Assembly: GCA_034189385.1 (NCBI GenBank)
Contig: JAXHVD010000002.1
Coordinates: 1 to 64,000 of the forward strand
DNA length: 64,000 nucleotides
DNA from: Thermodesulfobacteriota bacterium
Lineage (GTDB): Bacteria > Desulfobacterota > Desulfobacteria > Desulfobacterales > C00003060
Direction: 5' to 3'
Made by a program: the position numbers and the translations under genes. This document shows positions 30,457 through 40,251 of this stretch, piece after piece; the stretch's first letter is position 1, and every line of letters begins with the position of its first letter. The notes under the pieces are model-generated. The model saw only the letters and a program-made list of their open reading frames with translations. It had not been told where the DNA came from and made no database searches.

Positions 30457-30783
30457 GTGTCAGACACAGACATAAGAGAACGTGTTAGGAAGGCAGTTTA
30501 TGATCTTGTTTGGCAAACTGCCCACCTGTATAAAGATGCGCCTGGAGGAAAGTTGGCCTGTTCACAGCGGTCCAGGCTGGCAAGATATGTAGACAGCAAG
30601 ATGATGAGCTTTGACTATATGTCAGAAAAGGAGGAGGATGAATTATCATTGATGGGAGTTGTTGAAACCTTCTTGAGGGGCCTGGAAGACAATTTTCGGG
30701 CAGAAGTATATCAAGAAGAAGAGTACCTTTCGTTTTATGAAGAGAGAAAAGAGGAGTGCTTGGAGGCAGTTTCTGCTCCATGA
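30457..30783 (+). CDS. Hypothetical acidic protein
   Basis: GAGGTG RBS, 108-aa ORF; no family recognised. Confidence 0.6.
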   Translation: MSDTDIRERVRKAVYDLVWQTAHLYKDAPGGKLACSQRSRLARYVDSKMMSFDYMSEKEEDELSLMGVVETFLRGLEDNFRAEVYQEEEYLSFYEERKEECLEAVSAP

Positions 30784-30967
30784 ATCGCTCGAGGGCATTT
30801 CAGTTTGGGCAACGGCCCGTTAAATGATGACACTGTATCGATTTATCCTACGACATATTGGCGGAGATTATTTGGAAAAGGTGACCAACGGGACTTGTCG
30901 CCGACGTGGGTAGAGAATCTCGCGACTTCGGATAGGACTGAGAACTCTCATAGAAAGGGGTACTGCG

Positions 30968-31846
30968 GTGGAGAGAGGGATAGGGAAAAGGACTGGGTTC
31001 TTGACCAGTTGGATGTTGACGTGCCTTTGCCTGTTGTTTCTATGGGGAATTGCCTCTGCGGGAGACAGTGGGCATATGGTTCCTAGGCATGCATTTGCCC
31101 TTGGCGTGGGCGTGTCCCATTTTGACAATGAGGAGAATGCTGAGGGTGCTGAACGTGGAGGGCCGGAATGGGATGGCTGGATGTACGGAGTGGCTGGTCA
31201 TTACACCTATCATCATGACATAATGATCAGCGCCAGTGTCCATCTCAGTGCAGGTGATCTTGACTACACTGGTGGGACTACAAGGTTGTTTCCTGGGGGA
31301 GAGACTGAACGGGAACCTGCGAAAAAAGACGCAGACTCAAACACAGTGGAATGCCGTGGTCTGCTCGGATATGATTTTCCCTTTAGAGGAAAACACCTGA
31401 TAACCCCCTTTCTTGGCATGGGCTATCGTTATTGGAAAGAGGACCGTGGAGGGATTGGTGGCTACGAAAGGGAGGTGGCGTACTGGTACTCCCCTATTGG
31501 CATAAGAACCTATAGCCCCCTTTGTGACGGGTGGGTGTGGGGGGTGAACCTGGAATATGACCTTTTCCTAGACGGCAAAGTAGACTCTGACATTTCTGGG
31601 ATGCCAGCATTTCATTACGATTCTGGATATGGTGCCAGGTGTTCCCTCTCTTTTACGAGGCAATTGACGAAGAAGATGGCCCTTTGTATTGAACCGTACA
31701 TCACCTATTGGGATATGGATGAGTCAGATCCGGAGCTCTTTGTACTGCCCGGAGGGTCTGATGCAGAACAGCACACCGTCTTTCCTTTTATTGAGCCGGA
31801 GAACAATACGACAACCTACGGCCTTTGGATCAGCGTGGCATTTTAA
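30968..31846 (+). CDS. Outer-membrane beta-barrel protein, type A
   Basis: TPFLGMGYRY, YWYSPIG, EPENNT, terminal Phe. Confidence 0.85.
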   Translation: MERGIGKRTGFLTSWMLTCLCLLFLWGIASAGDSGHMVPRHAFALGVGVSHFDNEENAEGAERGGPEWDGWMYGVAGHYTYHHDIMISASVHLSAGDLDYTGGTTRLFPGGETEREPAKKDADSNTVECRGLLGYDFPFRGKHLITPFLGMGYRYWKEDRGGIGGYEREVAYWYSPIGIRTYSPLCDGWVWGVNLEYDLFLDGKVDSDISGMPAFHYDSGYGARCSLSFTRQLTKKMALCIEPYITYWDMDESDPELFVLPGGSDAEQHTVFPFIEPENNTTTYGLWISVAF

Positions 31847-31955
31847 GGAAAAAGACTTCAGGCGCAGCCTTGCTCATCAAATCCGCCTATGGCGGACTGA
31901 ATTGGAAACGGACGCCAGTTCCCATTTTTTCTAGGGCGTTGGTGGGACACCCGCT

Positions 31956-32819
31956 GTGATGGAAAGAGGGAGGATGAGACAGATTATCGCGGCCATGGTC
32001 ATTATCTTCATGATGATGCCACAGATTTCTTGTGCGGAAGAGAAGCTTTTTGTGACGGATGTCCTTGAAAAAAGAGACATGGAGATAGGCGTCAGTCTTT
32101 CTTATTCTCATTTTTCCGATGAGATTTCTTCTTCAAGTGACGAGTTGAACGCCGATAGAACCATCGACAGGATAGGCACTGGATACGCTTTCAACGTGGG
32201 TCTTGGCCATGGAGTCGAGATGGGAGCCAGAACCTCTTATCTCTTCTCCGAAAGACTCAAGATTCAGTACCCCAGTGTTCCAATGACGACTGAACGAGCC
32301 AGTGCCGAGGGCTTTGGGGACATCGCTCTAACGGGAAAGGTGCTGATATTTGATGAAAGGGACAAGCCTTTCACCCTTATAGCCGGCCTTGATGTGAAGT
32401 TGGACTCTGCACCGGAAGATGAGGATGGAACGGGCACTACTGACATTCATTCTTCCGTGGCAGCGAGCACTACCCTTTCAAAAGGCCTCCGGCCTTTTGC
32501 ACGCTATAGCTTTGTGGCGAGGAACCATGGTGCCAGGGATAGCCACGAGTTTTTGTTCGGTGCTGAAAAGGAACTAAACAAAAACGTGGGATTGCAGGCC
32601 AGCCTAGAGGCCCGATTCCACACATCGTCAGATGCCTTGAGTCACTACGAGAGCTACCATCTTCAGGTTCAAAGCTACATCCGAATCTGTCATGATTTCT
32701 ATGCCGTGCCCAAGGTCGCTTATGCCATTCGCTCTTCTGCCGACATTAGAAAAAGCGATCGTCGTTTTGACTCGGCCACAAGTACAGGCCTAACGTTTGG
32801 GTTCTATTATCTCTTCTGA
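31956..32819 (+). CDS. Outer-membrane beta-barrel 'transporter', type B
   Basis: EKLFVTDVL, GFGDI, KPFTLIAGL, terminal Phe. Confidence 0.8.
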   Translation: MMERGRMRQIIAAMVIIFMMMPQISCAEEKLFVTDVLEKRDMEIGVSLSYSHFSDEISSSSDELNADRTIDRIGTGYAFNVGLGHGVEMGARTSYLFSERLKIQYPSVPMTTERASAEGFGDIALTGKVLIFDERDKPFTLIAGLDVKLDSAPEDEDGTGTTDIHSSVAASTTLSKGLRPFARYSFVARNHGARDSHEFLFGAEKELNKNVGLQASLEARFHTSSDALSHYESYHLQVQSYIRICHDFYAVPKVAYAIRSSADIRKSDRRFDSATSTGLTFGFYYLF

Positions 32820-33163
32820 TTCTTTTGTGTGGCTCATGATGGGATGAACATGAAACTCTTTTCACAACTACCAAAAACTTGGATCATCTCCAGAAGAGTT
32901 GGCAGGATCATCTTCCGCAGGCGGAGAGGGGTCAAGGGATTAGGGGATGGAGTGGTCGGGAGAAGACCAAAGGGTTCATCTCAGCAAAATAATCAGAGTG
33001 TCGGCCAAGCCTTTACATTGGAGGATGAAAAAGGCTATGAAAGGGAAAATGCAGCAACGGCCATCACAAGGGAGCCGAAGGGGTGCCGATGCATATCTAG
33101 CTGATAATTGGTAAGATGATAGGTTGAGAAAAAGGACTTTTTGGACAGGAAGGAGTTTGGCTC

Positions 33164-34126
33164 ATGATCGAAGAGATCACTGCCCAGGAGATTAACTGCG
33201 AGCAGTTTATCAAGGAAAAGATCAAAGAGATTCAGGGCGTAGTTGGGGACGGCAGGGCCATCAATGCACTGTCGGGAGGAGTGGATTCGTCGACAGTCAC
33301 GATGCTCGGGCATCGCGCCCTGGGAGAGCGCCTGAAGGTTGTTTTCATTGAAAACGGTCTCATGCGCCAGGGAGAGGCCGAAGAGGTGGTGGGCCTTTTC
33401 CAGAAGCTGGGCGTCACGGTCCAAGTGGTGGATGCACACAAAGAGTTCTTCTCTTCCCTCAAGGGGATCACGGACCCGGAGGTCAAGCGGGAGGCTATTA
33501 CTCAGACGTTTTACCGCAACGTGTTTGGACGCATGGTGCAGGAGAGCGGGGCGAAGTACCTTCTCCAGGGGACCATCCTGACCGATGTGGACGAAACAGT
33601 TGCAGGGATAAAGCGCCAGCACAACGTCTTCGAGCAACTGGGTATCAATCCCCAAGAGTCTTTCGGCTACCGCATCATAGAGCCCCTCATACAGCTTCGC
33701 AAGGACGGTGTGCGAAAGATTGGCAAGGCTCTCGGGCTTCCATCAGAGCTCTTCGATCGTATGCCTTTCCCCGGGCCGGCGCTTTCGGCACGGGTGATAG
33801 GCGAGGTAACCCCGGAGCGCATAGACACTGTCCGCAAGGCAACTGCGGAAGTAGAGCGGTTGCTGAAGGACACCGGGGCATTTCAGTATATGGCGATCCT
33901 TCATGAAGACCGTGTGACGGGTATGCGCGACGGGAATCGCGATTTCGGCCAGCAGATTGAGGTGCGTTGCTGGGAAAGCATCGATGCCCGCACTGCAAGA
34001 CCCACGAATCTCTCATTTGAAATCCTCGAGAGGCTTGCCAGCGAGATCATTCGACACGTGCCCGGCATCGTCAGCGTCACCTACAACATTACGTCCAAGC
34101 CCCCCTCTACCATGGAAGCCATCTGA
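33164..34126 (+). CDS. guaA: GMP synthase, ATP-pyrophosphatase/C-terminal subunit (no glutaminase domain)
   Basis: LSGGVDS, PFPGP and YNITSKPPSTME motifs. Confidence 0.9.
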   Translation: MIEEITAQEINCEQFIKEKIKEIQGVVGDGRAINALSGGVDSSTVTMLGHRALGERLKVVFIENGLMRQGEAEEVVGLFQKLGVTVQVVDAHKEFFSSLKGITDPEVKREAITQTFYRNVFGRMVQESGAKYLLQGTILTDVDETVAGIKRQHNVFEQLGINPQESFGYRIIEPLIQLRKDGVRKIGKALGLPSELFDRMPFPGPALSARVIGEVTPERIDTVRKATAEVERLLKDTGAFQYMAILHEDRVTGMRDGNRDFGQQIEVRCWESIDARTARPTNLSFEILERLASEIIRHVPGIVSVTYNITSKPPSTMEAI

Positions 34127-34397
34127 TGACGATCGCCAATCTAAACCCAGATATGGCTGACGTGGGGACAAAGAGAATGCAGATTCAGCTCTGTTGATAC
34201 GATCGAGTCAGAAAGAGCAGCATGAGCAATGTTTAGTTCGTAAGACTACCGGGGAAATGGCGGGTGATCCGCATGGCTTGGAACGATCTAACGGAGGAGC
34301 AAGAGACCCCCAAGAAGTATTCGTGGCCGGGAGCAGGGCGGCGGTCTGCCAGGGTGCTCAAGGGATGGGCCGGCCTTTGAAGGACAGGAAGGAAGAG

Positions 34398-35189
34398 ATG
34401 ATGAGATGTCATGAAGTGGACTATAAGATCATCGGTGATGATATGCAGGTTGTTGAGGTAGAACTTGATCCCGGCGAGACAGTGATTGCCGAAGCAGGAG
34501 CCATGAACTATATGGATGACGGGGTCACGTTTGAAGCCAAGATGGGTGACGGGTCCAGACCGGATGAAGGGGTCTTTGGCAAGCTTCTCAATGTGGGAAA
34601 GCGGGTGCTTACGGGAGAATCGATCTTCCTGACCCATTTTACAAACAGGGGGAACGGCAAGAAGTCTGTGGCTTTCGCCGCCCCCTATCCAGGAAAGATT
34701 ATCCCCATTGACATGTCCAAGGTGCAGGGGGAGCTCATGTGTCAGAAAGACGCTTTTCTTTGTGCCGCCTTTGGAACGGAGGTGAGCATCGCCTTTACAA
34801 AGCGTTTGGGAACCGGTTTTTTTGGCGGGGAGGGATTCATCCTCCAGCGTCTTCGCGGCGATGGCATGGCCTTTGTCCATGTAGGTGGTACGGTGTCAAC
34901 GAAGAAACTGAACCATGAGATCATCCGCGTTGACACGGGGTGCCTTGCGGCGTTCACATCAGGGATTGATTACGATATTGAAAGGGCAGGCAGTCTCAAG
35001 TCCATGTTTTTCGGTGGAGAGGGACTATTCCTTGCCACCTTAAGTGGGACAGGGACAGTCTTGCTGCAAAGCCTCCCCTTTTCCAGGATGGCTGACCGCA
35101 TTTTACAGCATTCTCCGTCTGCCGGCGGGAGCCGCAAAGGGGAAGGGTCTATTTTGGGCAGCCTGGGAGACCTCGTCGACGGCAGTTGA
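34398..35189 (+). CDS. TIGR00266/AIM24 family protein
   Basis: [14 protein letters not shown] and FFGGEGLF motifs. Confidence 0.92.
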   Translation: MMRCHEVDYKIIGDDMQVVEVELDPGETVIAEAGAMNYMDDGVTFEAKMGDGSRPDEGVFGKLLNVGKRVLTGESIFLTHFTNRGNGKKSVAFAAPYPGKIIPIDMSKVQGELMCQKDAFLCAAFGTEVSIAFTKRLGTGFFGGEGFILQRLRGDGMAFVHVGGTVSTKKLNHEIIRVDTGCLAAFTSGIDYDIERAGSLKSMFFGGEGLFLATLSGTGTVLLQSLPFSRMADRILQHSPSAGGSRKGEGSILGSLGDLVDGS

Positions 35190-35393
35190 GATGGCAGGAG
35201 TTGCCTCAACGGTTGTCTTCACCGATACTTGACAGCAAGGGCATGTTTTGGTGCTGGTCCCAAAACTTGAGGCCATAGAGTATCGAACCTGGAGCAAACG
35301 ACCCAAAAATGATGAAAGCCATCTCTAAGAATAGTCTGTCAACCCGATTTCTGTTGTGCTGAAAACTCTCTTTTTTCGCTCTCTACATAGAAC

Positions 35394-35607
35394 TTGAACC
35401 GATTAAGCGAGCGCATTCTCCACAGGAGAGCTACCGCAGCCCCCGTAGGTTCCGCCTGACGGCAGTGGTTCTGCCCGTTGGCAGTGCTAGCGCGGCGCGG
35501 GCTGCGGGGTTAGCGAGCGTATATAAAATGAGACATATTCCTTACGGTCGCTGCGAAGCACTGCCGCTAGGTAGAACATTCTCTGCAGCTTGCTGCAGGG
35601 TCTTCAA
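35394..35607 (+). mobile_element. Long TTGAA...TTCAA family element
   Basis: TTGAACCGATTAAGCGAGCGCATTCTCC...CTGCAGCTTGCTGCAGGGTCTTCAA. Confidence 0.7.
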
Positions 35608-35724
35608 ACAGAGACAGTGTTTTTTCAGCAGTACCTCATCCTGAGAGCGGTCCTCATAGGGGACCTTTTTCAACTGCGGCTTGTAGCCTTTAAAGACAAC
35701 ACCTGACAGTTTTCGAGAGGACCC

Positions 35725-36879
35725 ATGACTCGCCGTGTCCGAATCCGTTGGATCGTTGTGTTTTTCTTTGTGACTGCTTTGGGGATTGCCATATGGCACT
35801 CCACGCGACCTGAGCCAGTGGAGGTGATAGTCAAGGCCGTGGAGGAGGGCACCGTGGAAAGGACGGTGTCAAACACCCGCGCGGGAACGGTGAAGGCTTG
35901 CAGGCGGGCCAAGCTCTCGCCAAGCGTGGGCGGTCAAATCGCAAAGCTTCCCATTCATGAAGGAGACCGCGTCAAGGCGGGGCACCTCCTCTTGGAGCTA
36001 TGGAATGAAGACATTGCTGCCCAGTTGAAACTGGCTAAAAAGGAGGCTGAGACTTCCAAGGCTCGGGCTCGCGCCACCTGTCTAAAGGCAGACAATGCGC
36101 AACGGGAAGCCCGTCGACTTGTCAGACTTAGACGAGAGGATTCTATTTCAGAGGAACGGGAAGATCGGGCCGTCACAGATGCCAAGGCCCTTGCTGCGGA
36201 ATGTGAGTCGGCAAAGGCCTCTACCCTCATGAGTGAAGCCCGGGTCGATGTGGCCAGAGCCGAACTGGAGAGGACTCGCTTGGTAGCGCCTTTTGCAGGC
36301 GTTGTGGCCGAGATCAACGGTGAGCTCAATGAATATGTCACGCCCTCCCCTCCCGGTATTGCTACCCCACCGGCAGTAGACCTTGTTGACGACTCCTGCT
36401 TCTACGTGGAGGCTCCCATCGATGAGGTGGATGCCCCTGACATTGATCCCGGGTCAGACGCTCGGATTAGTCTGGACGCCTTTGGTGACCAACATTTTGC
36501 TGGGAAGGTGCGGAGGATCGCGCCCTACGTCCTAGACCGTGAAAAGCAGGCGCGCACAGTGGATGTGGAGGTGGAGTTCACCCGGCCAGAAGACGTGAAC
36601 CGGTTGCTGGCAGGTTACAGCGCAGACGTCGAGATCATACTGGAGGTGCATCAGGAGACCCTGAGAGTCCCCACAGAGGCAGTGCTGGATGGAAAACAGG
36701 TCTATGTCTATCTGCCAGAAACAAACGTGATCGAGGAACGGGCCCTTGAGCCGGGTATTTCTAACTGGGACTTCACAGAGGTTGCCTCAGGGTTGTCCGC
36801 CGGGGAATTGGTTGTAGTCAATGTGGATCGGGCTGGCGTGAGAAATGGGGCTCACGCCGTTCTGGCCAGCGAGGATTGA
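35725..36879 (+). CDS. MacA-like periplasmic adaptor subunit
   Basis: N-terminal TM, lipoyl halves, APFAGVV, VPTEAV. Confidence 0.92.
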   Translation: MTRRVRIRWIVVFFFVTALGIAIWHSTRPEPVEVIVKAVEEGTVERTVSNTRAGTVKACRRAKLSPSVGGQIAKLPIHEGDRVKAGHLLLELWNEDIAAQLKLAKKEAETSKARARATCLKADNAQREARRLVRLRREDSISEEREDRAVTDAKALAAECESAKASTLMSEARVDVARAELERTRLVAPFAGVVAEINGELNEYVTPSPPGIATPPAVDLVDDSCFYVEAPIDEVDAPDIDPGSDARISLDAFGDQHFAGKVRRIAPYVLDREKQARTVDVEVEFTRPEDVNRLLAGYSADVEIILEVHQETLRVPTEAVLDGKQVYVYLPETNVIEERALEPGISNWDFTEVASGLSAGELVVVNVDRAGVRNGAHAVLASED

Positions 36880-37565
36880 TGATTCACTTGGCCGGGATCG
36901 AGAGAGTGTTTCAGGTGGGAGACGAGGCTGTTCACGCCTTGAGCCATGTAAATCTGTCCGTGGCTGCCGGCGAACACATTGCCATTATGGGGCCCTCCGG
37001 CTCCGGGAAATCAACACTCCTGAATATTATTGGTCTCCTCGATAGGCCAGACAACGGGATCTATCAGTTAGAGGATGTGGATACGACAGAACTCACCGAT
37101 GAGCAGCAGGCAGAAGTCCGGAGTCATAAGATCGGTTTCATTTTTCAGTTCTTCCACCTTGTTCCCCGCCTTACTGCCACGGAGAATGTCGAACTGCCAC
37201 TCATTCTGGCCGGCATCGATCCTGAAGAGAGAAAGGTGCGTGTTGAGAGGGCCCTGAAGGCACTGGGGCTAAACGAGAGGGCCAGGCATCGTCCGGATCA
37301 ACTGTCTGGAGGCCAGCGGCAGCGCGTGGCCATCGCCCGGGCCACTGTGATGGAACCCCGCATCATTCTTGCCGACGAGCCCACCGGGAACTTGGATCGT
37401 GCCTCTGGTCAGGAAGTGGTCCAGATCCTGGAGGACCTTAACAAGGAAGGGATGGCGATCATGATGGTGACCCATGATCCTGATCTGGGCAGGCGCGCCG
37501 CTCGTAGAATACAGATGGTGGATGGGCGGATCTCCGAGGATACGGGAGTTGCCATAAATTCATGA
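36876..37565 (+). CDS. ABC transporter ATP-binding protein (LolD/MacB type)
   Basis: [13 protein letters not shown] and ADEPTGNLD motifs. Confidence 0.95.
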   Translation: MMIHLAGIERVFQVGDEAVHALSHVNLSVAAGEHIAIMGPSGSGKSTLLNIIGLLDRPDNGIYQLEDVDTTELTDEQQAEVRSHKIGFIFQFFHLVPRLTATENVELPLILAGIDPEERKVRVERALKALGLNERARHRPDQLSGGQRQRVAIARATVMEPRIILADEPTGNLDRASGQEVVQILEDLNKEGMAIMMVTHDPDLGRRAARRIQMVDGRISEDTGVAINS

Positions 37566-38767
37566 AGAGTGAAGACGTCTTTCGCTTCAGCATCAAGGCT
37601 GTCTCCGGTTATCCGGCTCGGACTTTCTTGATGATCCTAGCCATGGGCATAGGGGTTGCCTCAGTGGTCCTTCTCACTGCTTTGGGAGAAGGGGCTCGAC
37701 AATATGTGATCAATGAATTCGCCTCTCTGGGTACCAATCTCCTCATCGTCCTGCCCGGCCGTTCGGAAACCACTGGCGGCCCCCCGCCGCTGCTGGGACA
37801 AACGCCCAGGGACTTGACGCTGGAAGATGCCCTGGCCTTGAAACGGAGTGCCAATATCGGCAATGTGGCCCCCATAACGGTGGGTTCTGCTCCTGTGTCC
37901 TGGCGGCAGAGGGACCGGGAGGTCACCGTCCTTGGCTCCACAGCAGAGTTGTTTGAGATACGTCGTCTGTCCATGGCCTTAGGCAGATTTATTTCTACCG
38001 GTGATCCAAGCCAGGGCTCTGCTGAGGCCGTCATGGGATACAAGCTTAAACGAGAGCTTTTTGGGAATCAGTCGGCTTTGGGGGAGTGGATCCGCATCGG
38101 GGATCGGCGGTTCAGAGTCATTGGCGTACTGGCCCAAAAAGGGCAGTCGTTGGGACTAGACATGGGAGATGTGGTCATTATCCCGGTAGTCTCTGCCCAG
38201 ACGCTTTTTAACACGTCTGCCCTTTTTCGAGTTCTCGCAGAGGCCAAGGGCCGCGACGCCATTGCCAGGGCGAAAAGGGCCATTCAGGACATTATCCGCG
38301 CCCGTCATGAGGGGGAAGACGACATTACGGTGATCACGCAGGATGCCGTGCTCTTGACCTTTGATCGTGTGTTCACGGCCCTGACCCTGGGTGTGGGCGG
38401 TATTGCCGCTATCAGCCTGGGGGTGGCCGGGATTCTGATCATGAATGTCATGCTGATTGCCGTTTCTCAGCGCACCACGGAGATTGGTCTCTTGAAAGCC
38501 GTTGGCGGTCAGGAGAGCCAGATCCTCAGCTTGTTTCTAGCCGAAGCAGGTATCCTTGCCCTCGTGGGGGCAGCCTTTGGTCTCGTTCTGGCCTTCATCG
38601 GCGTGTGGGCTATGGCCAGGCTCTTTCCGAGCTTTCCGGTGCCGCTCCCACTTTGGGCCCTTGGGGCCGCCACCGGCGTTTCCTTGTTTACCGGTCTCAT
38701 CTTTGGTGTGCTCCCGGCAAGACGTGCAGCAAAGCTCGATCCAGTGCAGGCCTTGTCTAGGAGATAG
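37562..38767 (+). CDS. MacB/FtsX-type ABC permease
   Basis: EIGLLKAVG and PARRAAKLDP motifs. Confidence 0.93.
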   Translation: MKSEDVFRFSIKAVSGYPARTFLMILAMGIGVASVVLLTALGEGARQYVINEFASLGTNLLIVLPGRSETTGGPPPLLGQTPRDLTLEDALALKRSANIGNVAPITVGSAPVSWRQRDREVTVLGSTAELFEIRRLSMALGRFISTGDPSQGSAEAVMGYKLKRELFGNQSALGEWIRIGDRRFRVIGVLAQKGQSLGLDMGDVVIIPVVSAQTLFNTSALFRVLAEAKGRDAIARAKRAIQDIIRARHEGEDDITVITQDAVLLTFDRVFTALTLGVGGIAAISLGVAGILIMNVMLIAVSQRTTEIGLLKAVGGQESQILSLFLAEAGILALVGAAFGLVLAFIGVWAMARLFPSFPVPLPLWALGAATGVSLFTGLIFGVLPARRAAKLDPVQALSRR

Positions 38768-38778
38768 GGTATTTCCCC

Positions 38779-39978
38779 ATGCGCTTTCACGATGCCATGA
38801 AGCTGGCCTTGAGTGCTGTTTTTTTCCACAGGATGCGAAGTTTTTTGACGGCCTTGGGCATCGCGGTGGGTGTCGCCGCTGTGGTGCTTCTGACATCCAT
38901 TGGAGAGGGAGTACACAGGTTTGTGTTGTCCGAGTTCACCCAGTTTGGCACGAACCTCATTGCAGTGACTCCCGGTAAGGCGACTACGACCGGTATGTCT
39001 GGAGCGCTCATCAGCAACGTGCGTCCCCTGAGTCTGGACGACGCCCTGGCTTTGAAACACCTTCCAAAGGTGTTGGGGGTCGTTCCCTTTGTGCAGGGAA
39101 ACGCCCCTGTGGAATATGGCCAGCGAAGTCGAAGGGCCTATGTTTTCGGTGTAGGCTTCCAGGTCCCGGCTGTCTGGCAGATGAACGTTTCGGTGGGCCG
39201 CTTTCTGCCCGAAGACGATCCCCGGGCTGCAAGGGCCTTTGCCGTTGTGGGCAGCAAGGTGCGGGACGAGATCTTCGGGGGAGACAATGCTCTTGGCAAA
39301 CGCATACGCATTGGGGGAGAGCGGTACCGGGTTATCGGCGTCATGGAGTCCAAGGGGCAGATGTTGGGCTTTGACCTGGACGATGCCGTCTATATTCCTA
39401 CGGCCAGGGCTCTGGCCATGTTCAACCGGGAGAGCCTCATGGAAATAGACATTCTCTACGCCACTGAGGCTACGGCGGCGGAGATCGTAAAGAGAATAAA
39501 GGAATGCCTGATCAACCGACATGGCACCGAAGATTTCACTATCACTACGCAGGAGCAGATGTTGGATGTTTTGGGATCGGTACTCAGTATTCTGACCCTG
39601 GCCGTGGGCGCTTTGGGCGGCATCTCCCTGGTGGTGGGCGGCGTAGGCATCTTGACGATTATGACCATCGCCATTAATGAGCGCACTGCAGAAATCGGCC
39701 TCCTGCGTGCCATCGGTGCTGACCGAAGACAGATCCTTACCCTGTTCATTGGGGAGGCCGTGGTTTTGGCAAGCATAGGTGGCCTTGCCGGGCTTCTCCT
39801 GGGTACGGCCGGGGCCTGGCTACTCGGTGCGGCCATCCCTGCTCTTCCTACCCATACGCCGTGGTTCTTCGTGATCCTGGCCGAGATCTTGGCTGCCCTC
39901 ATAGGCCTTTCCGCTGGCGTCTTTCCCGCTTTCAGGGCAGCCAACCTTGACCCCATCGAGGCCCTGAGGGCAGAGTAG
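38779..39978 (+). CDS. MacB/FtsX-type ABC permease
   Basis: EIGLLRAIGA and AANLDPIEALR motifs. Confidence 0.93.
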   Translation: MRFHDAMKLALSAVFFHRMRSFLTALGIAVGVAAVVLLTSIGEGVHRFVLSEFTQFGTNLIAVTPGKATTTGMSGALISNVRPLSLDDALALKHLPKVLGVVPFVQGNAPVEYGQRSRRAYVFGVGFQVPAVWQMNVSVGRFLPEDDPRAARAFAVVGSKVRDEIFGGDNALGKRIRIGGERYRVIGVMESKGQMLGFDLDDAVYIPTARALAMFNRESLMEIDILYATEATAAEIVKRIKECLINRHGTEDFTITTQEQMLDVLGSVLSILTLAVGALGGISLVVGGVGILTIMTIAINERTAEIGLLRAIGADRRQILTLFIGEAVVLASIGGLAGLLLGTAGAWLLGAAIPALPTHTPWFFVILAEILAALIGLSAGVFPAFRAANLDPIEALRAE

Positions 39979-40251
39979 CTACAGGGAGATAGATATTGGT
40001 CCAAGAGGAAGGGGATCTATGACAACACCTGCAATGTCAAAGATTTGACACTTCTCCCTATCCCGAATCGAGTTTCCTCACACCGTTGAAGCTAGCCTTT
40101 TTTAATCATACATAATTACAGCTGGTTGGTCCTTCATGCCTATTGGCATGCTTTCTGCTTTGCTTAGTCATCATGTGGTCTTGACAGGGCAAGGAGCTCT
40201 GGAGATGGCGACGGCAACCATAGGGAGAGCGTATAAGGGAGATTTGGACAA

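Noticed and set aside
32829..33150. Purine or other riboswitch upstream of guaA
   Set aside because: Small hairpins are present but I recognised no riboswitch consensus; an Rfam scan would be needed.
38509..39522. 337-aa antisense ORF and other long shadow ORFs
   Set aside because: They lie opposite well-supported genes and have no recognisable motifs.
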